A stretch of DNA of 63,768 nt, the filler included, from Perkinsus chesapeaki ATCC PRA-425 (taxonomy: Eukaryota > Protista > Perkinsozoa): the NCBI GenBank assembly GCA_013115145.1. It is 10 parts of 10 records of this genome, joined end to end, with 100 filler letters (N's around TTAATTAATTAA, not from the genome) between each part and the next. Parts side by side here need not be neighbours in the genome. Positions count along the whole stretch, not along the records: positions 1 to 2,820 come from JAAPAO010001519.1; positions 2,921 to 22,252 come from JAAPAO010000641.1; 8 more parts are not named here. The stretch is one strand, 5' to 3'. Positions 1 through 11,762 of the stretch are shown here, in pieces; position 1 is the stretch's first letter, and each line of letters starts with the position of its first letter. The notes below the pieces were generated by a model. It ran no database searches. It saw only the letters and a list, made by a program, of their open reading frames with translations, and had not been told where the DNA came from. Made by a program: the position numbers and the translations under genes.

Positions 1-834
1 CAGGAATCTGCGAGTGTAGGTGAAATCGCAAGACGGCAAGGAAGTATTATATAACACAACACGAACACAACACAATGCTCCATGGAGCGTGGAGCGTGAA
101 CAGTGGTTCATGAGCTACTTACTAGTATTATACAATGTTATCAGTGGTTAATTGAGATATGATGGTGAATTTGAATTTCGCCCAACCCGCTACCTCCCTA
201 GGCGTGGAGATGTTGTGCTATTCGTATTTGTGACCATCATGTGCATTGCACACTGTGCAGAATGACTAGTATTTTCGGTTTGTAACTTATAGTTATTGAA
301 TAGTAGTATCTACTAGTCAGATCTGTACTTAGCTTATGGGTTTAGCATTCTAGCCTATCACGATAGCCTATCGTCGATAGGGCTTTCAAGTCGAATTAGT
401 GATAAGTACTCAAGAGTGCATAGTGTTCACTATTAGTGAACGCAACGAAACTTTCGTTGCTTGAGTCGATAAGTATTGCTCGTTCCTTTCATAATATAAA
501 TTTTGAACGCATAATCTAAATTGCAATAGCCGAGTTGAACTCACACTATATGCGGGACGCGCATCGCATCATATTCGATAGAACCTGTTCGAAAGGTAGT
601 TCTCAATACAGTCTGATTCAAGTCTCCCTCAAAGGGCGTGCAGGTCTCACGGCGAGCAAGTGGATTCCATGGACCGTATTATAGGGGATTGTTCCGACTC
701 AAACTCCAACCATAGGACGCGTAAATACACCGTGGTATTATCTCATTGAGATCCTAACCGCCCCGTACACATTGCCGACGGCAATGCAGTTTTGTCTATC
801 TGGTAGAGCGAATAAACCTTATGGGGTGAACGCA

Positions 835-2105
835 TCATGGCTCCTCGACGTGGGAGGTTTCCGCCTCTCCTTCGGGACGCTCCGTCTCGGATTTGCTTTC
901 CTTCTCTTCCGCGGGCCCTGATCTCGCGATCTTGGTAGTTATCATTTGACGGATTCTCCGGTAACAGCAAAGGCAGTACACTGTGACGCACAGGATTACC
1001 GATAAGCCAACGATGCTGCCGACGATCCTAAACAAAACATAAATTTCTACAAAAACAGCATGAGAGCTCGATGAGCTATGGGTATTTCTTGGAAGGTGTA
1101 TAGTTCAGATTGCTTTACAAGAGGCAAGATTTATCTTCATCTCACGAAAATTAACCGAAACTAAGCTTCCTAGATTCTATGACCTAGAATGCTTAGTGAG
1201 CATTGCCTACCATCCTGCACTCCATTTTTCGTTAACCTGGTCGATGGCTTGGATCATCTCCACTTCTTCGGGGCTGAATGTAGTCGCCCATCCTTGATAG
1301 CCGATGACCGTTGGAGTTGGCGGTAGGGTTGGCGGCAAGGTCGCAGGTTCCACGTCGAAACCCCACAGTTCGTCTTGGCTATCCAGGCTGAAATAAAGTA
1401 TATTGAATGCTACTCTTCCAACAACTCTTAGTAAACAGACGGGCTGTGACAACTCAGCGAATCGCTGAGAGCGATGTGTCGCAGCTCGGTTGTTCGAAGT
1501 AAAACTTACATTTCTTGAAATTCCGACCATAGATCCGAATGATCCAACGTAGTACCCTGAAACGAGAACGACAATCTAACTGACCTAATCAGTTGTTTTT
1601 CCAAAGAACACTCACTGCAGTAGTGGGCATCATTGAAGTGGTCCGAATGTCCCTCGTCGTTGTGTCAACATAGCCCACCAATGGCAATTCACTGTTCAGA
1701 GTCGATACCCTGAAACGCACTCTTAGAGTATTTCTCTACAGCCTCCCCAGTGAATCTAGATCCCCAGATTCTACCCTTATGCAACTTACCATCCGCCGGT
1801 GCTGCTTGTACCCTTCGTTGTCGGGTCCGAAAACGTTGACGTTGGAACCTGAAAGAAAGCATGCTGATCGAAGCGCTTCTTAGAGCATCTTACCGCAGTC
1901 GTTGCCAATGTGAAAGTCGTCGAACCGGGAGTCGCTGGTACGACTGTCGGCAAGGCTACGGGTTCCTCGTCAGAGGGCCACGCCATCTCTGCTAGAAAAG
2001 CTAAACTGAAATGCAACCTAGGAACGATTCTTCGGAGACAGGCACCACTTACATTTCTTGCAGGTCAATCGGCAATTGCGAATAAGGGTCGTGATTCGGA
2101 GCCAT
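835..2105 (-). CDS. Multi-exon hypothetical single-pass membrane protein with Thr/Pro-rich segments
   Basis: ATG at 2105. A 35-nt GTAAGT..TAG intron joins MAPNHDPYSQLPIDLQE to ORF 1786..2016. ORFs 1786..2016 and 1207..1530 both end at donor-like GTAAGT/GTAGGC. ORF 835..1035 has a hydrophobic helix (IVGSIVGLSVILCVTVYCLCC) followed by a charged tail. Confidence 0.5.
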
Positions 2106-2186
2106 GCTAGTTGGGAAGAAACTTTCCAATAATAACTAGTTCGAGGATGGTCCTTGTCCCAAAAAAACTATGCTCTTCAACATTGC

Positions 2187-2520
2187 TCTTTCGTCAGGGC
2201 GAATAACGACACGTGCGACTTTCGGAAGCTCTCGAAGGTGACTTTCTGCCCGCTTTCCCCTTCCCAGGGAATGAAACAAATTTTACAAGTCGAAACCTGA
2301 CCTCTTCCATTGAAACCGATCTTTTGGAATTTTCAAGTTTGAGTTCCCGCTAACCCCACCGAAATTCGGTGATATTCGGACCGAATAATTCGGTGACCGA
2401 ATATCATTATGGGTCTTACACCGTTAGAAACTTTCTAATAGAAAGTCACCCTCGGGAGCTTTCGAAAGTCGCACCGTGCGACTCGCACGTGTCGTCGAAA
2501 TATTTACCCTCCTGAGAAAG
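2187..2520. mobile_element. MITE-like non-coding element with terminal inverted repeats
   Basis: 2206-2247 and 2440-2495 are inverted copies (3 mismatches plus a 14-nt insertion), with weaker similarity out to about 2187/2520. Internal hairpins at 2370-2406 and 2424-2438. No target-site duplication (TSD) identified. Confidence 0.45.
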
Positions 2521-2820
2521 TTTTTCAAAAAAGCACATTTTCTGGGATGCTTTATTTACGAAAGGTTAAGCTTCTCTAGATACTAAAATATATTACAAAT
2601 TGAATGTAGAGTTAGCCCAACCGGTGGGCCCCACCGAGATACAAAAGACAGATATAAGCGTAAGAGTAAAACAGCGTAACCAACTCAACAGAACTTCAAT
2701 TCGAGACGATCGCAAAACATTCTGCGTCGACAACTCGCGCGCGCCATACTTAACTCGGGAAACTGACGCCACTCGGAAACTGCTACTCCTACTGGTAACA
2801 CTGCACTTCACTCAGACTCG

Positions 2821-2920
2821 NNNNNNNNNNNNNNNNNNNNNNNNNNNNNNNNNNNNNNNNNNNNTTAATTAATTAANNNNNNNNNNNNNNNNNNNNNNNN
2901 NNNNNNNNNNNNNNNNNNNN
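2821..2920. other. Assembly gap pad with TTAATTAATTAA six-frame-stop linker (artefact)
   Basis: The same N-TTAATTAATTAA-N pad occurs near 2866, 22297, 40142, 41409, 51431, 53918, 55191, 60388 and 62578. Plain N gaps at 28517-28613 and 58866-58962. Confidence 0.95.
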
Positions 2921-3249
2921 AGCCTAGGTCTAAATCTAAGGCTAAAGCTAAACGTTCTGCGTCTTCGGTTGAACGCGCTTCCGATGTTTCTCCGTTTGAT
3001 CACAGGATTGATCCTCGTCTCGCTCCGTCTACAGCTGACGACATCTTTGTCCCCGTTCACAATCACGACCCTATACTACCCTCACAGCGCAACCACTATC
3101 TCGCTCGCCCAGTGCATTATATATTTCGGCGTTTTTGATACGTGGGTTCGAATCCTAGGGAAGACATCGAAGTGTTACTTGGATATCAATCACCATAGGT
3201 TCAATGAGAAATAACAATTAGTTTCAAGATTGCTTTCTGAGCTCACAAA

Positions 3250-4625
3250 ATGCACAAGTCGTTCGATAAGCGAAGGTCACCGCTTCCGCCTACGACAGTC
3301 TTCTCCGCGCCGAGCAAAGAGAGAATCAAAACCATCCGTTTGAGCATTATCAGAAGTCTGTAAGAAAGCTAAGAGTTGCTTCAGAAGAGTTCGACAAATC
3401 GTAGCCGTCAGGTTCCGATATCACCCTCGCGTCAAATGTAGCTGGAAGGGACGATTTAGAGAATGCGTAAACTTGTGTGGCGATGTGAATGGAAGATTGG
3501 ACGTGTATGGATGGGCGAACCTATTGAGGGAAAGATTGAGGATTTACGCAGATGAAATGACCAATGAGGAAGTATGTTGAACTGTTAATCAAACAATACT
3601 TGGTTCGATCCGCGGTTATACCTTCGTGCGTCAGATTGAACACATATTTTACATAATCGACGAGAAAAAGAAAGAAGGGAAAATAAATGAAACTGAGATT
3701 ATAGATTTCCTTCAATACGAAGAGGCTCCTTATGTGGGAGAAGGGGAAGATATCGACAACCATAAACAACACTTACGGTGATAACATTATCCGAAGACCG
3801 ATGAAATCTTTGGGTTGAGAGGCTGAAAGATGCTCTGTAAACCGTTTCGGATATTTCATACCACATCTTCGTTCGAATCAAAGGAGCTCTCTCGAGACTT
3901 AACAAAATCTGCCATACACAGCTCACTTTGTTTTCCCATAGACTGATTCTGGTAAATGAAAGCTCACTAATGCTGCTTAAGCGTTGGTTTTTTGGTCTAT
4001 ACGAGGCTTCGGTTAAGATCTGTAAATGCAAGCTGCGCAATGACATGTATTTCGCCATCCAAGTCACTTTCCTGTCCACCTCCTCAGAATGTCTACCCCG
4101 CCCCCGCCGACAATCAATAGGGAACTGTTCCTCTCACAATCTCGCCATTTCAGAACCCTTCGGATTAAAAGGAACTTCCAGTTGGCCTGTCGAAGTCTCG
4201 GAGTCGGCCAGGAGTTCGTCAAGAAGGCGTTTTATGCCTACGACAAGGACGGTTCTGGTAATGTCTGACGTTGTCGTAAAATTAATTGTAGTTCTGTTCT
4301 CAGGCAACTTGTCGTTTTCGGAGTTCCGAACTGGTCTTCGATTTGACCTAAAGATAAGCCGCTGGGAAATGAAGGAGGCGGACATTGTGTATATGTTTAA
4401 AGTGGGTTGAAAACGTGAGGTGGATTTAGTTCGGGGATGTCGCTGCTTCAGATTTTGGATCGAGATCGTTCTGGGAATGTGGACGTGGAAGAGCTTGTTT
4501 CGTTCCTTAGTGAAGGCATGAAAAAGGGGGAGCAGAAAATGGGTGTTTCCGAGTCTATGCGAGACCTCTCTTTATTATGGCATGTAGGAGGATATGCTGA
4601 CCTGTTTTGCATCTTGCAGGGGTGA
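3250..4625 (+). CDS. Multi-exon EF-hand calcium-binding protein
   Basis: Splicing GTAATG..CAG after 4257 gives AFYAYDKDGSGNLSFSEFRTGL. The next exon gives ILDRDRSGNVDVEELVSFL. Both are canonical 12-residue EF loops. Upstream exons and ends are approximate. Confidence 0.7.
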
Positions 4626-4712
4626 AGCTAGGATACTTCGTGCCTATCTCAGGCAGTAGAATCTGGGGCAAGAACCGTCCCAAGGTCGATTCGGCATGAA
4701 ACACCATTAACC

Positions 4713-6558
4713 ATGTCCTCTACCCCTAAAGGCGTTCCATCCGCCGCGGAGCTTCTCGCCCGAAAACGTCGGTGCCTCTCCCGCAGCTTCTCATGGACGT
4801 CTTTATCAGTAGGAACACTTAAACACTATTCCACACCAGTTCGATTCCTGGATGGGGCATCTTGTCGTGTGTGGGGAAGAATGAACACCAGTAAACCATC
4901 GATGATGAAAGAAATGTGGGGGTGGAATTCTGTATTCCCAGAAGCTCCATGGTTTGGCGATTCTATGGCTCCCAGCGCTTTGCTAATGGTGGTCTTGTCC
5001 TAGTCTGATGGCAACTGTGTTTAATGTGTTAGGGAAGCGATGGACGATGGAAACAGTTTGGGAATACTTGTGGAGGAGGATGGGCCAAACATTTCAGCAT
5101 GAACAACAAACGACTTTGGTCTTGATTCACGTTGACATTGTCGTCGTATTTGCGTTATCGCCCCCCTCTTCGATCAGCCTTTACTATTTATCTCATGCCA
5201 TTTCCAATAAAGAACGTTCACAAACGGGGTTCGCCTTCGAGGGCGCAATGTGTCCCTTTGTTTGCCATCGTACCATTTCTGCAATCATCAGAAGCAACTG
5301 CCCTCTATATAGCGTTCGGCGAACCGCTGGACTCGATGCCTCTGATACATCTGGTGGATCTTAGAGGGCTCACCGGGCCGCCGACATGGAGCGAGTTGCA
5401 GCTCCTTCAGACGTTGGCAATTGGCGAGGATCAGCTCGTTCATTTCAACTACTTCACTTTGCCGAATCTGAGGTCAATTACGATCTTTCCGACCCTCGTG
5501 AACTGTCCTGGGCTCGACCTCTGCCCTCTGATCAGTCGCTTCCTCACCCCTAGGTTGCAGACTCTCAGCCTTAAAGGCTTCTACTGTGACACATTGATAG
5601 GCGCCATAGAGAGTGTGGAGGAATGGCCGCCGCAAGTTGACAAGCTGATTCTCTCGCATGATGGCACTTCTTGCCAAGGATCCTCCTGGAACCTTTGGGG
5701 GGTGATCTCATTCGCCTTCCCCGGGCTCAGGAAGATAAGCGCTGTTCCATCGGGGACATGGAGACGTGTTAATACCGATTGCCAATTGTTAATGACGAAA
5801 AGACAGATTGAGTTTATGCCTAGAATTTCTGAAGTCGAAGTTAAAGGTGACAGATGCTTACTCCATCATCACTTCATCATTCATCAGGTCCACCACCGGC
5901 TTTTACAATCGATAACTCAACTCTTCAATATCGTCTGACTAGTCTTAGCATTACCGATTGCCCTATATCGCCCACCCTCATCAACAGCCTTTGGGAGGCA
6001 GCCAGCTTTCCCTATCTTCGGAGGTCAGATAAGTGAATCGATTTCCTTTATTAATGTCTTTTAGACTTTCCCTTCTGGGACCGACGTACGGCACTGTGGG
6101 CTCTGCTTTGGCATTGAAAATAACGCAGAGAGGATTCTTGCCTGCTTTGGAGAATCTGTAAGGAATGTTGTTGGAATCCAGTAGCTATGTGGTCGATTGG
6201 TCAGATCCCTTCATTTGACCAAGTGGAAGGAACTGGAGGGTGCGCGGCGTCACTGTGGCGTCCATACCGACATCGGAATATCTTTCTTGAGAATTCTACT
6301 CAAATTATTTGAAGCAGGCCAGATACCTCCGCATCACAGGCTTCGCGTAGAATTTCGTGGCGCGTGAGATTTGCATCATCCTCTTTACAGGTTGTCGTTA
6401 CCACTGCGGTGAAGTGTCCCACCGACGGCGCTGCCCTCCTCCACGAGCGACTCGGGAATGGCATCCTGCCGAAATTGAGAGTTTTAAAAATAAAGTCAGA
6501 AGATGGCCGTTATCGGATATTCGATAATACCAGCCAGAGCAGCAACGCTGTCTTGTAA
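4713..6558 (+). CDS. F-box-like/leucine-rich-repeat protein, multi-exon
   Basis: LRR-like units (LPNLRSITI, TPRLQTLSL, FPGLRKIS, FPYLRR, LPKLRVLKI). Removing a 31-nt intron near 4810 gives LPQLLMDVFIIRFLD, which resembles an F-box start. Start codon unresolved. Confidence 0.5.
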
Positions 6559-6718
6559 GTCTGGTAACACCGAAGAAGTTGATAATCGATTTTTATTTTA
6601 TTTTGATAAGCCTGTATGGGCGGCGATGGTTGTAGATTGACTTTAGCCAATGCTTGGTGTACTGTATCACTGTCATTAGGGGTAGTGATGATAATATACT
6701 TAATTATTGTGTTGAAAA

Positions 6719-7897
6719 ATGGGCGTGAGTTCGACCCCCAGTAAGGACATTTTCATGACCTTCCTCGCGCACCCCTCAGGAACGGGCTTCAGTGTAGATG
6801 CCACTTTTCAAAACCTCTTCCCAACAGTCGGTGGTATTAGCAGTATTCATTTTAAACCATCTCACGAGATCACTTTCTATAGTGATGATGAGAAGCCTAA
6901 TACATGTTACTACACTGGTGTAATAGATAGAGAAGGTAAGGTTGAAGTGATATTGGTGGATCCATATGAAATGGAAGATAATCGTTGTAAAGAACTCACC
7001 GCCTCATACGGAGATAACTTCCTTAATAATGGAGTTACTCTCGATATGAAATCTATGGATGCTATGATACTCGGTAAAAATGGCAAAACAGATATTTACA
7101 CCATCACGGAGGGGCGGTCGGATGAAGGCTATTGTATGGGACCTGATAACAGTGGTAGATTGGACTGTACTTTCAAAAGGGTTGAAGGACCGGCAAATGA
7201 AGTATCCTTCCATCTTAACGGTAAAGTCGATATATTCAATGATCGCCAAGAGCGTGTTCGATGCGATTACATCGTTAAAGACAAGACTGATGTTAAGCTG
7301 ACCTGTCCTGAGCCGACGAAAGGAATGCGCTGCCTGGTCGAGTCTTTAACGGAAAATGTGGAATTAAGAAGGAAAGTTGGATCTTTGGAGCTCACAGCTG
7401 AGGTAAGTAATGAACTTTGCTGGACAGCAGACACACACGTCTACAAGCAAGTTGAATGGGAGAAAGCATTCTTTGATTTCAATCTCGAGAGGGTCCGAGA
7501 TGGCCTTACACTGGATGCAACTTTCTCCGCCGATGACAGTAGTCAAACAATTGCTACAGTGGCAATGAAGGACAACGGCGACATCGAATTTGCTGGGGGC
7601 AAAAAGAAGTGCAAATGTAAGTACAGAGCAAACTTCAACAGTGAAAGAGGCAACATTGATATCGAACTATTGAAGGCAAACAGCAAAGATTGTCAGTCTC
7701 TACTGGATGGCTCCAACAAATCGAAGGGGAGAGGCGGTTTCCTCCGCAGTACCTTGAGGCGGAGTAAGAAAAGTGAATATCACCCACGCATTGTGATCGT
7801 TAATAAAGCCATGAGAAGAATGGAGCTTCACATGGATAATGGCTTAACCGAAAGTCTTAGTTCAGTGAATGGGAGTAAAGCTTATATTAAAGACTAG
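6719..7897 (+). CDS. Lineage-specific beta-rich protein, paralog A (probably secreted)
   Basis: Intronless 392-aa ORF with clear paralogs at 10876-11762 and 11763-13043. A hydrophobic leader (MIIYLIIVLK, ATG 6688) lies one base out of frame. Confidence 0.75.
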   Translation: MGVSSTPSKDIFMTFLAHPSGTGFSVDATFQNLFPTVGGISSIHFKPSHEITFYSDDEKPNTCYYTGVIDREGKVEVILVDPYEMEDNRCKELTASYGDNFLNNGVTLDMKSMDAMILGKNGKTDIYTITEGRSDEGYCMGPDNSGRLDCTFKRVEGPANEVSFHLNGKVDIFNDRQERVRCDYIVKDKTDVKLTCPEPTKGMRCLVESLTENVELRRKVGSLELTAEVSNELCWTADTHVYKQVEWEKAFFDFNLERVRDGLTLDATFSADDSSQTIATVAMKDNGDIEFAGGKKKCKCKYRANFNSERGNIDIELLKANSKDCQSLLDGSNKSKGRGGFLRSTLRRSKKSEYHPRIVIVNKAMRRMELHMDNGLTESLSSVNGSKAYIKD

Positions 7898-8764
7898 TGT
7901 TGTTTGGTAATGTATCAAGATGATGTTCTATCCATGACTAATGATGATGTCAATGATGTTGTGTGATTGATGATGGTATCCTTTGTGTTAGAGTGTGGTT
8001 GATGCAGTGGAAAGTATCGAAGCGGAGTCGAATTACAAATACTAACGTTATTTGGTTCGCTATCAGTGGTATGCGGAGGGATAGAGGACACCTTCGTGGA
8101 AAGCAGGGCTGAAAGGATGAGCAATTTTGGTATTTAAAGCAACTTATTTTACACCTTTGCGGATCACCTCGAGATTGAACTCTGTCTCCGCAAACGAAAG
8201 CTAGGTTGATTCGAGAATGTCCAAACGTGTCCAACGCAAGCGTAAACGGCTCAAGCGGGATGAGTATGGCTGGTAACCAGATTAGTGGCCAGCTACTAGT
8301 TACAAGCTACTGTCATGTGCTTACTCTCGTCACCTTTGATCTGGAGGCGACGTAATTCCACATTTACCACTCTCAAGAGTTGACACAACACGAGACGATT
8401 TGAATATGTCGGGTTCGTATCTTACCAAGCAAAGTCGAAATACAGCATTGCCAAGGAAGGCTTTGCTATCGCCCGAAACCCTCAAATGGCTTGACTCTTC
8501 ACTACAAATAGGTCTGCCTGAGAAATACTCTGTCCGCAGGGGAAAGAAAGTTTGGAAAAATACAAAGTTGGTTTATAGTTTTAGTGTTCATTTGTGGAAG
8601 GTTCACGAACAGCTTCCATAACTGAAATAAATAAATGATTGGTTATCAAAGATAAGGGCAAGAACCACAGCACCAGCACCAATACTGAGCGTGTGGGTAT
8701 GAAAGGGTAATCAAAGATTACTAATCCTCAAGCCGGCATGAACGACTGAAATTGATCAGCGCGG

Positions 8765-9181
8765 TCATGCCGAAGGTGGAGGTAGCTTTGGCAGTATCAT
8801 CACGTAGTCACTAATGTTAGTAGATAGCTCATCCTTGGACGCATCATATACGAACATAGTAAAAGGCTTCTCTCCCAGCTTTAGAGGGAGGTGAGGGCAG
8901 ACGATAGAGAGCTCCCGCAGGGCATTCTCGTAAATTGGTAACTTCTGCATATCATCTGGTAGACTCATTTGACCTGTAGATTCATCGTAGTCGTAGAGGA
9001 AACCGGCCAAATAGGGATCAGCGAGATCACACCTGTATAAGATGGAAACGCGTGGTAATTGAACCAATAGGGCGATCACAAAGTCTATGGGGCCCACGTA
9101 ACCTCTATAGGAACCGTCTGGTTTGGTACCACAAGCAATCATACCCAAAGCAGTGATGACAAAAGTGTGGCAGTTGATCAT
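8765..9181 (-). CDS. Small secreted hypothetical protein (PxGxYxG family)
   Basis: 138-aa intronless ORF with a signal-like N-terminus followed by KPDGSYRG. Same layout as 19186-19584 and 19647-20060. Confidence 0.7.
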   Translation of the reverse strand: MINCHTFVITALGMIACGTKPDGSYRGYVGPIDFVIALLVQLPRVSILYRCDLADPYLAGFLYDYDESTGQMSLPDDMQKLPIYENALRELSIVCPHLPLKLGEKPFTMFVYDASKDELSTNISDYVMILPKLPPPSA

Positions 9182-9976
9182 TTTATTGAATATATCCTAA
9201 CAAGCTCACAATGGTACTGCCTATCAATGAGCCCCTCCGAGCAAAACACCTCTGACTATGAAGTTAGTGCGAGCGAATCATCTAATCTAAATTCCATGGT
9301 TTCCATATAGCTTGATAGAAATACCACTAGTGCCGAGAAGTTGTGGGCCACAACATCCACAATGCTGATCTCATTGCCTTCAAACGCCGCGAGAGAATCA
9401 GCGAGTCACCCAGAGAAGGATCAAACATCACGAGGCTTCACGGAAATGCTTAGCCAAATATGAATCATGTTTGGCTAAGCATTTCCGAATCATTTTCAAT
9501 CATGTTACATGATAAGGGAGACAAGCATTCTGTCTACTGCCAGCCCAGCTGCTGAGGCGTTTATTAGCAAGTAACGCTTACCAAGCTGTATTGCGTGCGA
9601 GCGAGAGGGAAACCTATGGGCACTCGATCTCACGTCTTCAGACTCCTTGTTTCCCACAATTGCTGCCTATAGAGGATAATAAGTGCTTAAACCTTTGCGA
9701 CCTTGATCGGCCAGCATAGACAGAAATTCCACGTCGCACCTGGTCACCGCTCGTAGTCGTTCGGGGTGGTGCGGTGATTCACTCGAAGAAAATGCCGTGT
9801 CGCCAGCTGAGAATGAGCTGGAGCCCACGAGGCGCAGACTCTGATAACTTGAGACAAGTAAGCAGTAGCGGTTCGCTGAGCCGGGCTCAAGGAGCATGAG
9901 CTGTTGGTAAGTTTATAATTCAAGTGTTGAAATTCACTCGTTGAGAATTCTAGCGAGTAGATATTATTTCTACATA

Positions 9977-10211
9977 GAGCTTCACATGGATAATGGCTTA
10001 ACCGAAAGTCTTAGTTCAGTGAATGGGAGTAAAGCTTATATTAAAGACTAGTGTTGTTTGGTAATGTATCAACTTGATGTTTTGTCCATTATTGATGATG
10101 ATGTCAATGATGTTGTGTGACTGATGATGATATCCTTTGTGTTAGAGTGTGGTTGATGCAGTGGAAAGTATCGAAGCGGAGTCGAATTATAAATACTAAC
10201 GTTATTTGGTT
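9977..10211 (+). repeat. Direct duplicate of the last 24 codons and 3' UTR of paralog A
   Basis: 235 bp nearly identical to 7823-8057. Confidence 0.9.
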
Positions 10212-10875
10212 ATATCCTAGCCTACTGTATGGTGCTTCAGTGTGATGCTTCGATGGATGGTAACATCTACTTTGTCGGGCTGATGAGTCCGCTTTGGTGT
10301 AGTGACGCGATACATAGATCTTCTATGGTAGGAGAAGATCGCTGAGGTTTGTTTGTATGTGGTATTCGTTACGCTCCATCAGTAAGAGCTTCTCTTCATT
10401 ACAACTGACCTCGAAACAATATCTTTCAAAAGGGGGAACTGCCAACGGTATCTTCGATCCGTGACGGCTCCTCGATGCCATCACCTGTCCATTCGTTCTA
10501 TTCCGTACCAAACGGAAGAACCTATCTGCTCGTGAAAAGGGTGGTATTGAGATACCGACCTTAGGCTTCGACCGAAACCCATGATAGAAGCGAGTGAGAA
10601 CAGGTTCTACTGAGGGTGTGCAGATCAGTAAGGCTCTTGTCAATAAGCCTGATTCAATAATAATAGGTAGAGTTCTTGCTTAAAGCGCTCGAATTTCACG
10701 CGATGTTATTGTCATTCATTATCCATGTTGACACTTAAACGCAAAGACCTAACCGGAAGACGACAAAAAACATCATCAATAACATGAATAATAAAGTAAG
10801 CTTTAATGAGTCACCACGGTCAACAGGGCAGATAAAACGTTATTGATAAATATTATCACATCTTATCAAGAAAAA

Positions 10876-11762
10876 TCACTCTTTAATGAAAGCTTTACTC
10901 TTCTTGGCTCTAAGGAGCAGTTCTACTTTCCCTTCACCCATGTGAACCTCAAGTCTCTTTATGGCCCTATTAGCAATTACGAAGCGTACTTTGGGTTTTC
11001 CCTTGTCCATCAGTGATTCACAGTATCTGCTGTAGGGATCCTTCATTTCAATATTGATCGTTCCATTTCCGCTTTCGAAGGTTGCTTTGTATTGGCATTC
11101 GCATGTCCCCTTTTGTCCAACAACTTCCATACTACCATCGACGTTCATCGTAACTGTCGAAATAAGTCGATTTTCCCCTTCCTCTTCTATACCGAATCTT
11201 GCATCCAATGTAACTTCATCTTTTACCCTCTTGAGATTAGAATCGAAGAATGCCTTTTCCCATTGAACTTGCTTATAATAATACTTATTTGATGGCAAAC
11301 CAGGACTGTTACTAGCGGTTTCAGTTATGATCCTTAAAGGCCCTTGGTCGTCTAAGATTCTAACATTCTCTGAAAGGGTTTTCATCAAGAATAGAATGTT
11401 ATCTGGTGGTTCAGGACAGTTTAGCTTGACGCTACCATCGTCCTTAACAGTGTAAGTGCATTTTAAGCACTGCTGCCGTGCACCGAAGATATCAACTTCA
11501 CCGTTACGATGGAAAGATAATTCACTTCTCATCCCTCCGGTGGATTCGAAAGTGCAGTCCAATCTCTTATTGTTGTCGAACCCCATGCAGTAGCCTTCAT
11601 TCGAATATGGAGTGGTGGCAACAAATCTACTTGTCATACCTGCTGCACCATTGACGATTGTGACATCCAGAGGGTCGCTGAGTGTATTGACGGTGTAGCC
11701 ACCCGTGAGAAAGCCATTTCCGTAGATCTTGGTGAGTTCTTTACAACGATTCTTTCTCGCTT
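10876..11762 (-). pseudogene. Paralog C of the 6719 family, 5'-truncated
   Basis: Shares NRCKELT, RLDCTF, YKQVxWEKAFFD, CxCxYxAxF and SKAFIKE. Lacks the first ~85 codons of paralog A and has no ATG before the homologous region. Confidence 0.7.

Noticed and set aside
2866-2877. Recurrent TTAATTAATTAA palindrome flanked by Ns (9 copies)
   Set aside because: Assembly linker with stops in all six frames, not biological.
6723-6737. B-box-like GAGTTCGACCCC in paralog A
   Set aside because: Lies in coding sequence with a poor match, so it was not counted among the intronic motifs.
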